Positions 27,795 through 36,600 are shown, counted from the stretch's first letter. The stretch is 64,000 nucleotides of DNA from an uncultured Mycoplasmatota bacterium (GCA_946402735.1 CAMIXH010000001.1:378908-442907); one strand, 5' to 3'. The notes: a model not told the origin generated them from the sequence alone. Translations and numbers: made by a program.

Positions 27795-29000
27795 CTAATC
27801 TCCTACTATATATGGATTATCTGCTGTTCCATTTCCAGTTATTATTCTTATATTACCATTCAATGAGATAACTGGAATAACTTCAGCAGTTTCTGTTACA
27901 TGTTTTCCTTGCATAACTCCATTATTTCCATTTACTGCAACAACTTTATTCACATTTGAAGTTGATGTAGAAAATGGTGAAGATGTCCAAAATGTTTTTC
28001 CAGATGTAAACAGATAAAAATTTCTATTAACATGAGTTAATCCAGCATGAATACCACCTAAATACATATCATCAGTATCAGTTAAATAACCACCAGCTAA
28101 TAAAACTTCATCAGCAGTTAATAAACCAACTGGATAAGATAATGTTCTATCGGTAACAGTATATCTATCATTTTGTTCTGAACAAGTAAGTGAGAAATAA
28201 TTAATCAAAGTATCTGGATTATATGGGTTAATATTTGTGTTACTCTTATATACTGGCATAATACCTTTTGCATGATAATATGTCATATCTGAAGTGTGTT
28301 TAAAATTTGTTTTATTATTACAAAATATAGTATTTTTAGATACTGCATATGTATAATCTTCTTCAATAATATTAGTAACATACCAATCATTTAATACATC
28401 TATTACATTACTATGAGTATTTACTTCATCATAACTAGGTATTCTTCCATCTTGTTCATCTACCAAACTAACCGTTTCATTATTACTAAAACTAACAGTC
28501 CCAACGCTAACATTTGGTTTATGTGCTAAATCTTTACATTTATCATCATTTGTATATCCGTCAAATACAATTCTTAAACTTCCATCTTCATTAGTTCTAA
28601 GTATTCTGAAACACATTGATGCATAAATTAAATGGTTATTTTCAACACTACCTCTAAAGAAATATATTCTATTAGATTTACCATCATTATTTTCATCAGT
28701 TAACGTATCATCACTAATATAGAATAAACCATTTCCATTTCCTTGGGAATCACTAGCTGGTCTAACCAGTTTTAATTTGTCATATGATTGTGGTGTATTA
28801 TCTTCAAGTAATTTACTTAAAGCATAACTTCTATTCTGTTTATCTTTATTAATATCATCATCTATTTGATAATTAATTGCCTCTAAGAATTTGTCTTTTT
28901 CTATATAAGTTCTTAATATAGCTAACATTAAGAACAAGAAAATGACTAAAAAAGTATATACTAAAGCCATTGAAACAAAACCATTTTTACCTTTTTTCAT
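27795..29000 (-). CDS. Pseudopilin-like protein lacking Glu+5 (401 aa) with C-terminal DUF6273-like domain
   Basis: Starts MKKGKNG-FVSMALVYTFLVIFLFLML. The C-terminus has YPVGLLTADEV, FWTSSP, VIPVISL and GNGTADNPYIV. Confidence 0.55.
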   Translation of the reverse strand: MKKGKNGFVSMALVYTFLVIFLFLMLAILRTYIEKDKFLEAINYQIDDDINKDKQNRSYALSKLLEDNTPQSYDKLKLVRPASDSQGNGNGLFYISDDTLTDENNDGKSNRIYFFRGSVENNHLIYASMCFRILRTNEDGSLRIVFDGYTNDDKCKDLAHKPNVSVGTVSFSNNETVSLVDEQDGRIPSYDEVNTHSNVIDVLNDWYVTNIIEEDYTYAVSKNTIFCNNKTNFKHTSDMTYYHAKGIMPVYKSNTNINPYNPDTLINYFSLTCSEQNDRYTVTDRTLSYPVGLLTADEVLLAGGYLTDTDDMYLGGIHAGLTHVNRNFYLFTSGKTFWTSSPFSTSTSNVNKVVAVNGNNGVMQGKHVTETAEVIPVISLNGNIRIITGNGTADNPYIVGD

Positions 29001-29059
29001 TCTACTCTTCTCCCAATTATAAATTAATTATATAATAAAACAATCAAAAAATCTATATT

Positions 29060-29096
29060 AAATAAAAAGAATTATTCTTTATTTGAATAATTCTTT
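29060..29096 (-). terminator. Rho-independent terminator of lon
   Basis: AAAGAATTATTC / GAATAATTCTTT stem with the lon stop codon in the loop, followed by a U-run. Confidence 0.7.
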
Positions 29097-31397
29097 ATAT
29101 ATTTCAGAATAATTATCTACTCCAATAAACTCAATACTATCTCTTAAATCTTTATCAAGTTTTTCTACTTCTTTTAAATTATCTTTTGGAATATATAATT
29201 TTTTAATACCACATCTTTTAGCAGCAATGGATTTTTCTTTTAACCCGCCTACTTTTAATATATCTCCTTTTAAAGTTAACTCACCAGTCATAGATATATC
29301 ATCTGGTATCTTTGTATTTTTGATAAGTGATAATATTGTACTTACAACAGCACTTCCAGCAGAAGGCCCATCTTTTAAAATACCTGCTTCAGTAAAATGA
29401 ATATGTAAATCATTTTCACTAAAAAAAGATGTGGATATATTAAATAATTCATTATTACTCTTAATATAACTTATTGATACACTAATACTTTCTTTAGCAA
29501 CATCTCCTAAAGAACCAGTAAATGTTACTTTTCCAGATCCTTTAAAACTAGAACATTCTATATCTAAAACAGTACCACCTTGATTATTACATGCTACTGC
29601 GTGAATAACTCCTGTATGATTAATATCTTTCTTTTTATCATTATGATATAACTCATCATCTAAGTACTCAACTACATCACTTTCTTTAATTCTAATACTA
29701 AATAGCTTTCTAGCTTTCTTAATATGATTAGTTATTACTTTTCTTACTATTTTATTAATATTACGTTCTGCGTCTCTAACTCCAGCTTCATTAGTATAAT
29801 TATTAATAATTTTCTTAATAGCATCAGTTTCTATCTTAATCATAGTACTCTTAATACCATGACGTTTTAACATATTTGGAATAATATAATTTTCACAAAT
29901 ATATACTTTCTCATTTTCCGTATAACCTGATATATTTATTATTTCAAGTCTATCAAGTAATGCACTTGGAATAGATGAAATATCATTAGCAGTAAGTACA
30001 AATAATATATGACTTAAATCTACTTCTTCATCAATATAATTATCAACAAACTTCTTATTTTGACTAACATCTAATATATCAAGTAATGTTGATGCAGGAT
30101 CACCTTTATAATCTTTCTTTAATTTATCTACTTCATCAAGTAAGAACACAGGATTATTACTACCACATTTAATAAGTGAAGTAACAATTTTACCTGGATT
30201 AGATCCAATATATGCACGTCTATGTCCAACAAGTTCTGCTGAATCACTCATACCACCTAAAGATATTTTTACAAAGTTTCTATTTAATGCTTTTGAAATA
30301 GATTCTGCAAATGTAGTTTTACCAACTCCAGGAGGACCAACTAAACATATAATTGGACTATTAACATCATCACTAATGCTTTTAACTGCTATATATTCAA
30401 TAATTCTATTTTTAGCTTCTTCAAGTCCATAATGAGATGCATCTAATTTCTTTTCTATTTTTATTAAATCTTTCTCATCACGAGTTTGTTTATTCCATGG
30501 AATTTCCATTAAATAATGAATATAATTTCTAATAATACCGGCATCAGGAGCAAGTTCACCACACGCATCATATCTATCAATTTCAGTTAATAATTTTCTC
30601 TTAATATTATCTGGATAATCTCCATTATTAACTTTATCTCTTAAATCAATTACTTCTTCTGCTTTTGATAAAGACTCACCAAGTTCATCTTTAATAACTT
30701 TTAATTTTTCTTTTAAAATATATTCTTTTTCAGAATCATCTAAATTCTTTTTTATTTTACTTTCAATATGACCCTCTAGATCAATAACTGCACTTTCAAT
30801 AGCTAATTCTTTAATAAGAGTTTTACCTCTACTAATACTAGATGCATCTAACATTAATGATAATTTTTTATCACGACTAAGTGTTAAAAAATCACCTACT
30901 AAATCAGTTAATTTATCTAAAGATATACCTGGTCTTACTTGAGACATAATTGAATTTGAAACAAAAGGATTTTTATTAACATATGCTTCTAATTCACTAA
31001 TCAATTTTCTAGTATAAGCAGTTGTTTCAATTTCACTTTCTTCTGTTTCAATTTTAGTAATAATACTATCTAATACATCTTCTTCATTTGAATAATTTAC
31101 ATAGCTTATGACTTTAACTCTATATAAACCAGAAATGATTATTCTTTCATTTCCATTAGGTAATTCTATAATATTTTTTATCTTTCCAACAACACCTATT
31201 TTTGGTAAATCAGATGCATCTGGATTTTCTTCAAGAGAGTTTAAGGGGCACACAACAAGAACTTCACTATCATGATAAAGTTTTGATATTTCAGTAACTT
31301 TTTTACTTACGCTGCTCTTTATCTCAACCCTTACTTCTTCATAAGGTAATAAGACAAGGTTCTTTAATAAAATAACAGGTAAATTACTTTTTATCAT
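29079..31397 (-). CDS. lon: ATP-dependent Lon protease (LonA)
   Basis: 772 aa. Has an N-terminal LON substrate domain, Walker A GPPGVGKT, FLLDEVDK, and the protease Ser motif KDGPSAGSAV. Confidence 0.95.
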   Translation of the reverse strand: MIKSNLPVILLKNLVLLPYEEVRVEIKSSVSKKVTEISKLYHDSEVLVVCPLNSLEENPDASDLPKIGVVGKIKNIIELPNGNERIIISGLYRVKVISYVNYSNEEDVLDSIITKIETEESEIETTAYTRKLISELEAYVNKNPFVSNSIMSQVRPGISLDKLTDLVGDFLTLSRDKKLSLMLDASSISRGKTLIKELAIESAVIDLEGHIESKIKKNLDDSEKEYILKEKLKVIKDELGESLSKAEEVIDLRDKVNNGDYPDNIKRKLLTEIDRYDACGELAPDAGIIRNYIHYLMEIPWNKQTRDEKDLIKIEKKLDASHYGLEEAKNRIIEYIAVKSISDDVNSPIICLVGPPGVGKTTFAESISKALNRNFVKISLGGMSDSAELVGHRRAYIGSNPGKIVTSLIKCGSNNPVFLLDEVDKLKKDYKGDPASTLLDILDVSQNKKFVDNYIDEEVDLSHILFVLTANDISSIPSALLDRLEIINISGYTENEKVYICENYIIPNMLKRHGIKSTMIKIETDAIKKIINNYTNEAGVRDAERNINKIVRKVITNHIKKARKLFSIRIKESDVVEYLDDELYHNDKKKDINHTGVIHAVACNNQGGTVLDIECSSFKGSGKVTFTGSLGDVAKESISVSISYIKSNNELFNISTSFFSENDLHIHFTEAGILKDGPSAGSAVVSTILSLIKNTKIPDDISMTGELTLKGDILKVGGLKEKSIAAKRCGIKKLYIPKDNLKEVEKLDKDLRDSIEFIGVDNYSEIYKELFK

Positions 31398-31424
31398 TTG
31401 TTGCCTCCTTGTTTATGAGTATTT

Positions 31425-31453
31425 ATTATAGATATAAAAAATGAAAAAGTAAA
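31425..31453 (-). promoter_or_regulatory. Candidate lon promoter
   Basis: Minus strand: TTTACT, 17 nt spacer, TATAAT. It lies about 25 nt upstream of the Shine-Dalgarno AAGGAGG, with long A-tracts upstream. Confidence 0.4.
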
Positions 31454-31501
31454 CAAAAAAAATGAATATTTTTTTTTATTTTTTTTTTATTCAAAAAGTC
31501 A

Positions 31502-31531
31502 TTGACAAAAGTTATTTTTTAATGTTAAAAT
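31502..31531 (+). promoter_or_regulatory. Near-consensus plus-strand promoter (orphan, antisense to the gene flow)
   Basis: TTGACA (31502-31507), 18-nt spacer, and extended -10 TGTTAAAAT (31523-31531). Confidence 0.4.
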
Positions 31532-31550
31532 CGAGTTAGTAAAGTAGCCT

Positions 31551-31599
31551 AAAAGTAAAAGGAATTACAATCTATCAAATGTAATTCCTTTTATTTTTT
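31551..31599. terminator. Bidirectional hairpin: rbgA terminator, and possible terminator of a short plus-strand RNA
   Basis: GGAATTACA / TGTAATTCC stem (31561-31588). A T-run follows on the plus strand (31589-31599) and an A-rich run precedes it. The stem includes the last rbgA codons. Confidence 0.6.
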
Positions 31600-32434
31600 C
31601 TTGTTTTATTGAGTTAATAATTAGTAAGCTTACTCTATCATAATCCACTTCATCTTTAACTGGAATATTCTTAAATTTAGATATCTTAGTAAATAGTTCT
31701 TCAACCTCATTATGATTGTAATAATCTATTCCAAAATTTTCTTTTAATTTATCTTTATAATAGTTATCCAACATATTTAATATATGAATTGCGATAACAT
31801 CAGATGAAATTATTTCTTCTTTTATAACTGTCATACTAGCAAGATTTAAAGCTAACTTTTCACTATTAAATTTAGGCCATAGTATTCCAGGAGTATCTAC
31901 TAAATCCATAAAATCATTTACTCTAATCGTATTTAACATTTTAGTAACACCTGGTTTATTTCCAACATCTAAAATGTTCTTTCCAATTAGTTTATTAATT
32001 AGTGTACTCTTTCCTACATTAGGTACTCCAATAACCATACATTTTGCTTTCTTAGGAAGTAACCCTTTAGATTCTCTTTTCTTGTTTTTATCAATCATTA
32101 TGTTTTTAACTTCTTCAATTATCTTTTTATAATCATTGGAATTTTTCGAATCACAAGTTACTACAATTAATCCTTCATTTTTATATTTATTAATCCATTT
32201 ATTAGTTTCTTCTTTATCACATAGATCATATTTATTAAATACTACAATTCTCTTTTTATTATTAGTTAATTTATCTAAATCAGGTATTCTTGATGAAAGA
32301 GGAATTCTAGAATCAATTACTTCAATAACAACATCCAAAGAAGATATAACATTAGTTATATCTCTTCTAGTCTTAGCCATATGACCTGGAAACCAGTTTA
32401 TATTAGTTTTATTTTCATTATTTTTTTCTTTCAT
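31565..32434 (-). CDS. rbgA: Ribosome biogenesis GTPase A (YlqF/RbgA, circularly permuted GTPase)
   Basis: Motifs NWFPGHMAK, DSRIPLSS, FNKYDL and GVPNVGKST. I trimmed the start to ATG 32434, which has GGAGGT 7 nt upstream. Confidence 0.85.
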   Translation of the reverse strand: MKEKNNENKTNINWFPGHMAKTRRDITNVISSLDVVIEVIDSRIPLSSRIPDLDKLTNNKKRIVVFNKYDLCDKEETNKWINKYKNEGLIVVTCDSKNSNDYKKIIEEVKNIMIDKNKKRESKGLLPKKAKCMVIGVPNVGKSTLINKLIGKNILDVGNKPGVTKMLNTIRVNDFMDLVDTPGILWPKFNSEKLALNLASMTVIKEEIISSDVIAIHILNMLDNYYKDKLKENFGIDYYNHNEVEELFTKISKFKNIPVKDEVDYDRVSLLIINSIKQEKIKGITFDRL

Positions 32435-32813
32435 GAATATTACCTCCATTCAAGCTTTTTATACGAACTTTAACATCTTCTTCCGTATAACCATCATATT
32501 GTGGTGCACTTTCAATTTCATGAACACTTAATTCATCCCAAAATTTCAATTTTAAGTGCTGAGTTATTGGACCATCTGGTGTAAAAATTCCTGCAATAAA
32601 ATCGCCCTCAAACATTGGATCATTTTCTTCGTCAAAGTGTTTTTTTGACTTCCATGAAATATCTGGATAAGCATTACATAAAGCTATGAAATATACATTT
32701 CTCATATCCGTGTAGTCACCAAAAGTATGATAACCATCACTAACCTTTTTTACACTTTGACCACTATGTCTAAGCTCTAAAATATCTTCATTTATTTGTT
32801 CTATAGTTTTCAT
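32418..32813 (-). CDS. Conserved hypothetical protein (131 aa)
   Basis: Motifs DGYHTFGDY, SWKSKKH, FIAGIFTPDGPITQH and YDGYTEEDV. I trimmed the start to ATG 32813, which has AGAGGTG upstream; the track start is GTG. It overlaps the rbgA start by 17 nt. Confidence 0.5.
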   Translation of the reverse strand: MKTIEQINEDILELRHSGQSVKKVSDGYHTFGDYTDMRNVYFIALCNAYPDISWKSKKHFDEENDPMFEGDFIAGIFTPDGPITQHLKLKFWDELSVHEIESAPQYDGYTEEDVKVRIKSLNGGNIHERKK

Positions 32814-32980
32814 TTTAAGCACCTCTTTTAATTAATATAAAATGTGTCGGCACGTTACGAGCCAGTACCCTAATTCCTCTCAAAAATGAGTATATTTTAA
32901 TCTGTTTTTTTAATGATTTCTTCTTATTTTATTAAAACTTGCAAGATCTCAATTCTCACAAACCACCATTCTATAAGGGT

Positions 32981-33028
32981 TTAAGTGATAGTCGCCATAA
33001 ATACAGGGCAGGCAGTTTTATCATTCAT
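32981..33028 (-). CDS. Candidate 15-codon small ORF (MNDKTACPVFMATIT)
   Basis: ATG with AGGAG 8 nt upstream, 28 nt after the stop of the phosphorylase-like gene. It uses GC-rich codons in a very AT-rich genome. Confidence 0.25.
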   Translation of the reverse strand: MNDKTACPVFMATIT

Positions 33029-33056
33029 GATTTCAACTCCTTTACTATTGCTTAAT

Positions 33057-33830
33057 CTATTTATTTTTTAATAACTCTACTACTATTTTAGGTATAATTT
33101 CATATCTTACTTTATGTCTATATTCATTCTCTTCTTCTGTTCTACCACTATATAATGATTTATTTACTACTGTATTATCAGATATACAGAAAAGCGCTGT
33201 AACATTTATATTTAATAAATCATTACATTTGAATAAATTAGCAGTTTCCATTTCTATTGTTTTAGCACCCAACTCTAGTATTCTATCAATATGGTAGAAT
33301 TGTGCAATTACTGTATCAATACTAAAATTTACTTCAGTATGATATTTAATATTTTCTTTTTCCAAAATACTTATTAATTTATTAGTAAATTCTTTAGTTG
33401 GATATTCTTTTTTAAATAATTCATCTTCTAAATTCTTATTTAAAAATCTTGATGCTCCATCACCACATATAGAATATGTAGGAATAACTATATCTCCTAT
33501 TTTTATGTTTTCATCTAATGAACCAGCAGATCCTAAAAATACTAAATTCTTACATTTTGTTAATCCCAATGGTAAAGTATTTTCCATTATCACTGGTGCT
33601 CCAATACTTTTTAATTCAATATATGAAAATGAGATGTCATCCCTATATAGATTATATACTTTTTCAGATACTTGTTCTACTCTAAAATCTAATTTAGCAA
33701 ATATATCATGACTCCACCATGGAGCAATTACCACATTTTCTAGTATTTTTTCATATCCCCTATTTAATACTATGTCTTCTTTTGTAGTACCATATTTTAA
33801 ATGTGATTCTAATAAATCATTATAATTCAT
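33057..33830 (-). CDS. Nucleoside phosphorylase-family (PNP_UDP_1-like) protein
   Basis: Motifs LVFLGSAGSL, IGDIVIPT and TIEMETANLF (phosphorylase family pattern). Confidence 0.55.
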   Translation of the reverse strand: MNYNDLLESHLKYGTTKEDIVLNRGYEKILENVVIAPWWSHDIFAKLDFRVEQVSEKVYNLYRDDISFSYIELKSIGAPVIMENTLPLGLTKCKNLVFLGSAGSLDENIKIGDIVIPTYSICGDGASRFLNKNLEDELFKKEYPTKEFTNKLISILEKENIKYHTEVNFSIDTVIAQFYHIDRILELGAKTIEMETANLFKCNDLLNINVTALFCISDNTVVNKSLYSGRTEEENEYRHKVRYEIIPKIVVELLKNK

Positions 33831-33840
33831 ATTTTCACCT

Positions 33841-34365
33841 CTATTTATTTTTTAATAGTTTTTGTATTTCATTTAAATATTCTTTTCTTTTATCTAACTT
33901 ATCTGGATGATGAGCAAGAGCATCACATCTTTGTATTTCATATAATTTTAAATAATAATCATAATTAGAATTAATATCTGCATCTATAAAAGATGTATCA
34001 TGCATACTTATTAATGAACAAATATAATCTGTATACTCTTTTGGATATCCAAGTCTATTTAAAATACTTTTAGACATATTAGCTGATACTTTAGCGTGAT
34101 CTTTAAAATGTCTTACTTCTTCATCTTGATATGAAAATGGTTTACCCATATCATGAAGTAATAAACATAGTCTAATATCAAAATCATTTTTAGACATACT
34201 AAGAGCTAACAGTGTATGATTCCATACATCTAAATGATGATGAGGATGATTATGTTCAAAACCTATCATATTCTTTATTTCAGGTATTATTTCTAATAAA
34301 TAATCCCTATTCTTATTAATTGAATCAACAACATCATCAGATAATAGAATTTCTTCTAAAGTCAT
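33841..34365 (-). CDS. HD-domain phosphohydrolase
   Basis: Motifs HPHHHLDVWNHTL and LLLHDMGKP. I trimmed the start to ATG 34365, which has AGGTGAT upstream; the track start is GTG. Confidence 0.65.
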   Translation of the reverse strand: MTLEEILLSDDVVDSINKNRDYLLEIIPEIKNMIGFEHNHPHHHLDVWNHTLLALSMSKNDFDIRLCLLLHDMGKPFSYQDEEVRHFKDHAKVSANMSKSILNRLGYPKEYTDYICSLISMHDTSFIDADINSNYDYYLKLYEIQRCDALAHHPDKLDKRKEYLNEIQKLLKNK

Positions 34366-34374
34366 TCTAATCAC

Positions 34375-35004
34375 CTATAATTTTTCTACTACTTCTATAT
34401 TTGTATCATTTAAATATTCTTTTAATGTTTTAGCATCATCCATTGAACCAACTATAGAGCCATAATGAGTTGGTATAACTACTTTAGGATTAATTACTTT
34501 TATTAATTCTGATGCTTCTTTTGAATCCATTGTAAAATGTCCACCTATTGGTAATAATGCTATATCACATTTAACATTTTTATTTTCAGGTGTCATATCA
34601 GTATCACCTGCCACAAAATAAGTAATATTGTCATATATAACTATATAACCTAACCAATTATTACTTCTTGGATGAAATGGTTTATCAATATTATAAGATG
34701 GTATTGTTTTAATAGTTATATTATCAATAGTTATTTCTTCATTTGGACTTAGATAAATATAATCTTTAAAACTAATTTCATTTATTTGATTATCCATACT
34801 CTTAGGAGCAACAATAATAGTATTATCATTTTTTATATTATTTATTGATTTAATATCAAAATGATCATAGTGTTCATGAGTAATAAAAATAATATCAGCA
34901 TCATGGGTATCTTCTTCTATTTTGAATGGGTCAAAATATAATACTTTATCTAATTTGATTCTAATACTACTTTGTGTATTAACTATTATATTATCTGTAT
35001 TCAT
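34375..35004 (-). CDS. MBL-fold metallo-hydrolase
   Basis: Motifs DIIFITHEHYDHFD, VAGDTD and IPTHYG. Confidence 0.75.
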   Translation of the reverse strand: MNTDNIIVNTQSSIRIKLDKVLYFDPFKIEEDTHDADIIFITHEHYDHFDIKSINNIKNDNTIIVAPKSMDNQINEISFKDYIYLSPNEEITIDNITIKTIPSYNIDKPFHPRSNNWLGYIVIYDNITYFVAGDTDMTPENKNVKCDIALLPIGGHFTMDSKEASELIKVINPKVVIPTHYGSIVGSMDDAKTLKEYLNDTNIEVVEKL

Positions 35005-35015
35005 ATATTCTCCTT

Positions 35016-35513
35016 TTATAAATTTTTACCATAGTATTCTACTAGTACTTTAGTACCATCTGGATAAGTATCAACAGCATCTTTTATATGTTCAGTAAAA
35101 CCATATTTAGTATATATTGCTTTGTTTTTAAGTTCTGTTGGTTCTACTCCAAGAGTTACTCTTTTATATCCTCTTTTCTTTAAATCCTCTATCATATATT
35201 TAAACAATTTTGAAAAATATCCTTGTCCTTGATATTCCTCTATAGTTCTAAATGCACCTAAGTATGCAGTTGTATCATCTATTAGTCCATCTGAATCTTG
35301 TATAAATGTATTATTAATAAATGCAGTACATTCACTAATTATTTTTCCATCCAATAATCCATAATATGGAATACTATATCCATTTTTAAATCTTGCTATA
35401 TGTTCATTCTTCCAAGTAATCCAATTTTCTTTATCATCAGCATGTTCTATTTCATAGTCCCATTTAGTATTCATTTCTTCTTCATTAGCTATTTTACATA
35501 TATAATTTCCCAT
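35016..35513 (-). CDS. GNAT-family N-acetyltransferase
   Basis: Acetyl-CoA motif YQGQGYFSKLFKYMIEDLKKRGYKRVTLGV. Confidence 0.75.
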   Translation of the reverse strand: MGNYICKIANEEEMNTKWDYEIEHADDKENWITWKNEHIARFKNGYSIPYYGLLDGKIISECTAFINNTFIQDSDGLIDDTTAYLGAFRTIEEYQGQGYFSKLFKYMIEDLKKRGYKRVTLGVEPTELKNKAIYTKYGFTEHIKDAVDTYPDGTKVLVEYYGKNL

Positions 35514-35524
35514 AATTATCCTTT

Positions 35525-36055
35525 CTATAAAGATATCTTAACTACTACACCATTAACATCTTTATTAAACTTTTTCCATGTTGTTTCTTCTACTATACTA
35601 AATCCAGCACTAAGAAACAATTTTAAAGTATTACCTCTATCTATTTCAAAATTATCATATAATTCTTTTATACCATTATTACGTGCTTCTTCAATAAGTA
35701 GATTTAAAGCATCATGAGAATATCCTTTTCCTCTATATTTTGCTTCTATTAAAATACCGCATTCATATCTATTTTCACTATTATTATATTGATAATTAAC
35801 ATATCCTATAAATTCATTAGTATCATTATCTTTTATATATTTAAAGAATTTATTTTCATTCTTTCTTTTATTATAAATTTCTTTCCATCTACTTTTTGGA
35901 AAATCAATGCATCCAGTATCATAATGATATCCATAATATGATACATTATATCCAGCATTATAACTCATAGTATTTATATCACTTTGAATTTTTTCTTCAT
36001 AATAATAATCTTCTATATTTGGTTCATATAAAGAAATATTTTTTATAGTAATCAC
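35525..36055 (-). CDS. GNAT-family N-acetyltransferase (RimJ/RimL-like)
   Basis: Motif YRGKGYSHDALNLLIEEARNNGIKEL. It has a GTG start in a GTGA overlap with the upstream stop codon. Confidence 0.7.
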   Translation of the reverse strand: MITIKNISLYEPNIEDYYYEEKIQSDINTMSYNAGYNVSYYGYHYDTGCIDFPKSRWKEIYNKRKNENKFFKYIKDNDTNEFIGYVNYQYNNSENRYECGILIEAKYRGKGYSHDALNLLIEEARNNGIKELYDNFEIDRGNTLKLFLSAGFSIVEETTWKKFNKDVNGVVVKISL

Positions 36056-36558
36056 CTCTTGATTTTATATAAGAATGTCATTTGAGGATAAGATTTATCT
36101 TCCATATCTTCATCAACATTAATAATTTCTCCACCCATTCTTTTATAGAATTCTTGAGCTTTTGTATTATATTTATTACAAGATATAAAGAATTCATCAT
36201 ATCCTTTATCTTTTATTCCATTATATCCAATATTGAATAGCTGTGTTCCAATTCCATGTCTTTGATAATTAGAAAGTAAATATAATAAACCAATTTCTTG
36301 AGCATAATCTTTATATGGTCTATAAGGAACACCATAATCCATATAACCAATTAGTTTACCAGATGCTTCTACTACATATAATGTTACATTAGGATCATCT
36401 ATTATTTTCATAAATTTATTTTTATGTTTTTCATAATCAAATTCATCTATCTTTTCATCACTATAAATACCACGATATGTTTGATCCCAAAGAACATGTT
36501 TTAATCTTGATAACTCTTCGCAATCATCTAATGTTGCTTTTCTAATAGTATAATTCAT
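36052..36558 (-). CDS. GNAT-family N-acetyltransferase
   Basis: Motif YQRHGIGTQLFNIGYNGIKDKGYDEFFISC. I trimmed the start to ATG 36558, which has AGGTG upstream. Confidence 0.75.
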   Translation of the reverse strand: MNYTIRKATLDDCEELSRLKHVLWDQTYRGIYSDEKIDEFDYEKHKNKFMKIIDDPNVTLYVVEASGKLIGYMDYGVPYRPYKDYAQEIGLLYLLSNYQRHGIGTQLFNIGYNGIKDKGYDEFFISCNKYNTKAQEFYKRMGGEIINVDEDMEDKSYPQMTFLYKIKR

Positions 36559-36600
36559 TTTTACACCTACTTTCATGACAATTTCATTATAGCATAAAAC

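Noticed and set aside
29001-29078. Idea that lon and the pseudopilin-like pair form one operon, suggesting protease-regulated pilus genes.
   Set aside because: A strong hairpin plus U-run terminator spans the lon stop codon (29060..29096). The 401-aa gene has its own AT-rich promoter region and Shine-Dalgarno.
31490-31520. Possible CtsR or HrcA-type heat-shock operator upstream of lon (GTCATTGAC palindrome).
   Set aside because: It is not a tandem GGTCAAA direct repeat (CtsR) and is far shorter than a CIRCE element. It overlaps the plus-strand TTGACA instead. There is insufficient support.
32846-32872. Similarity of CGTGCCG..ACAC (minus strand) to the 3' end of tRNA-Arg (CGTGCCGGGGACACCA at 59887..59902). 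This suggested an att-like direct repeat bounding a 27-kb island.
   Set aside because: The match is only about 12 nt and has a gap. The enclosed region holds core genes (mraZ-rsmH-ftsL-pbp2B, mraY, murE, sigma-70, hemW), and there is no integrase or recombinase. It is probably coincidental. I keep it only as part of the GC-rich spacer finding.
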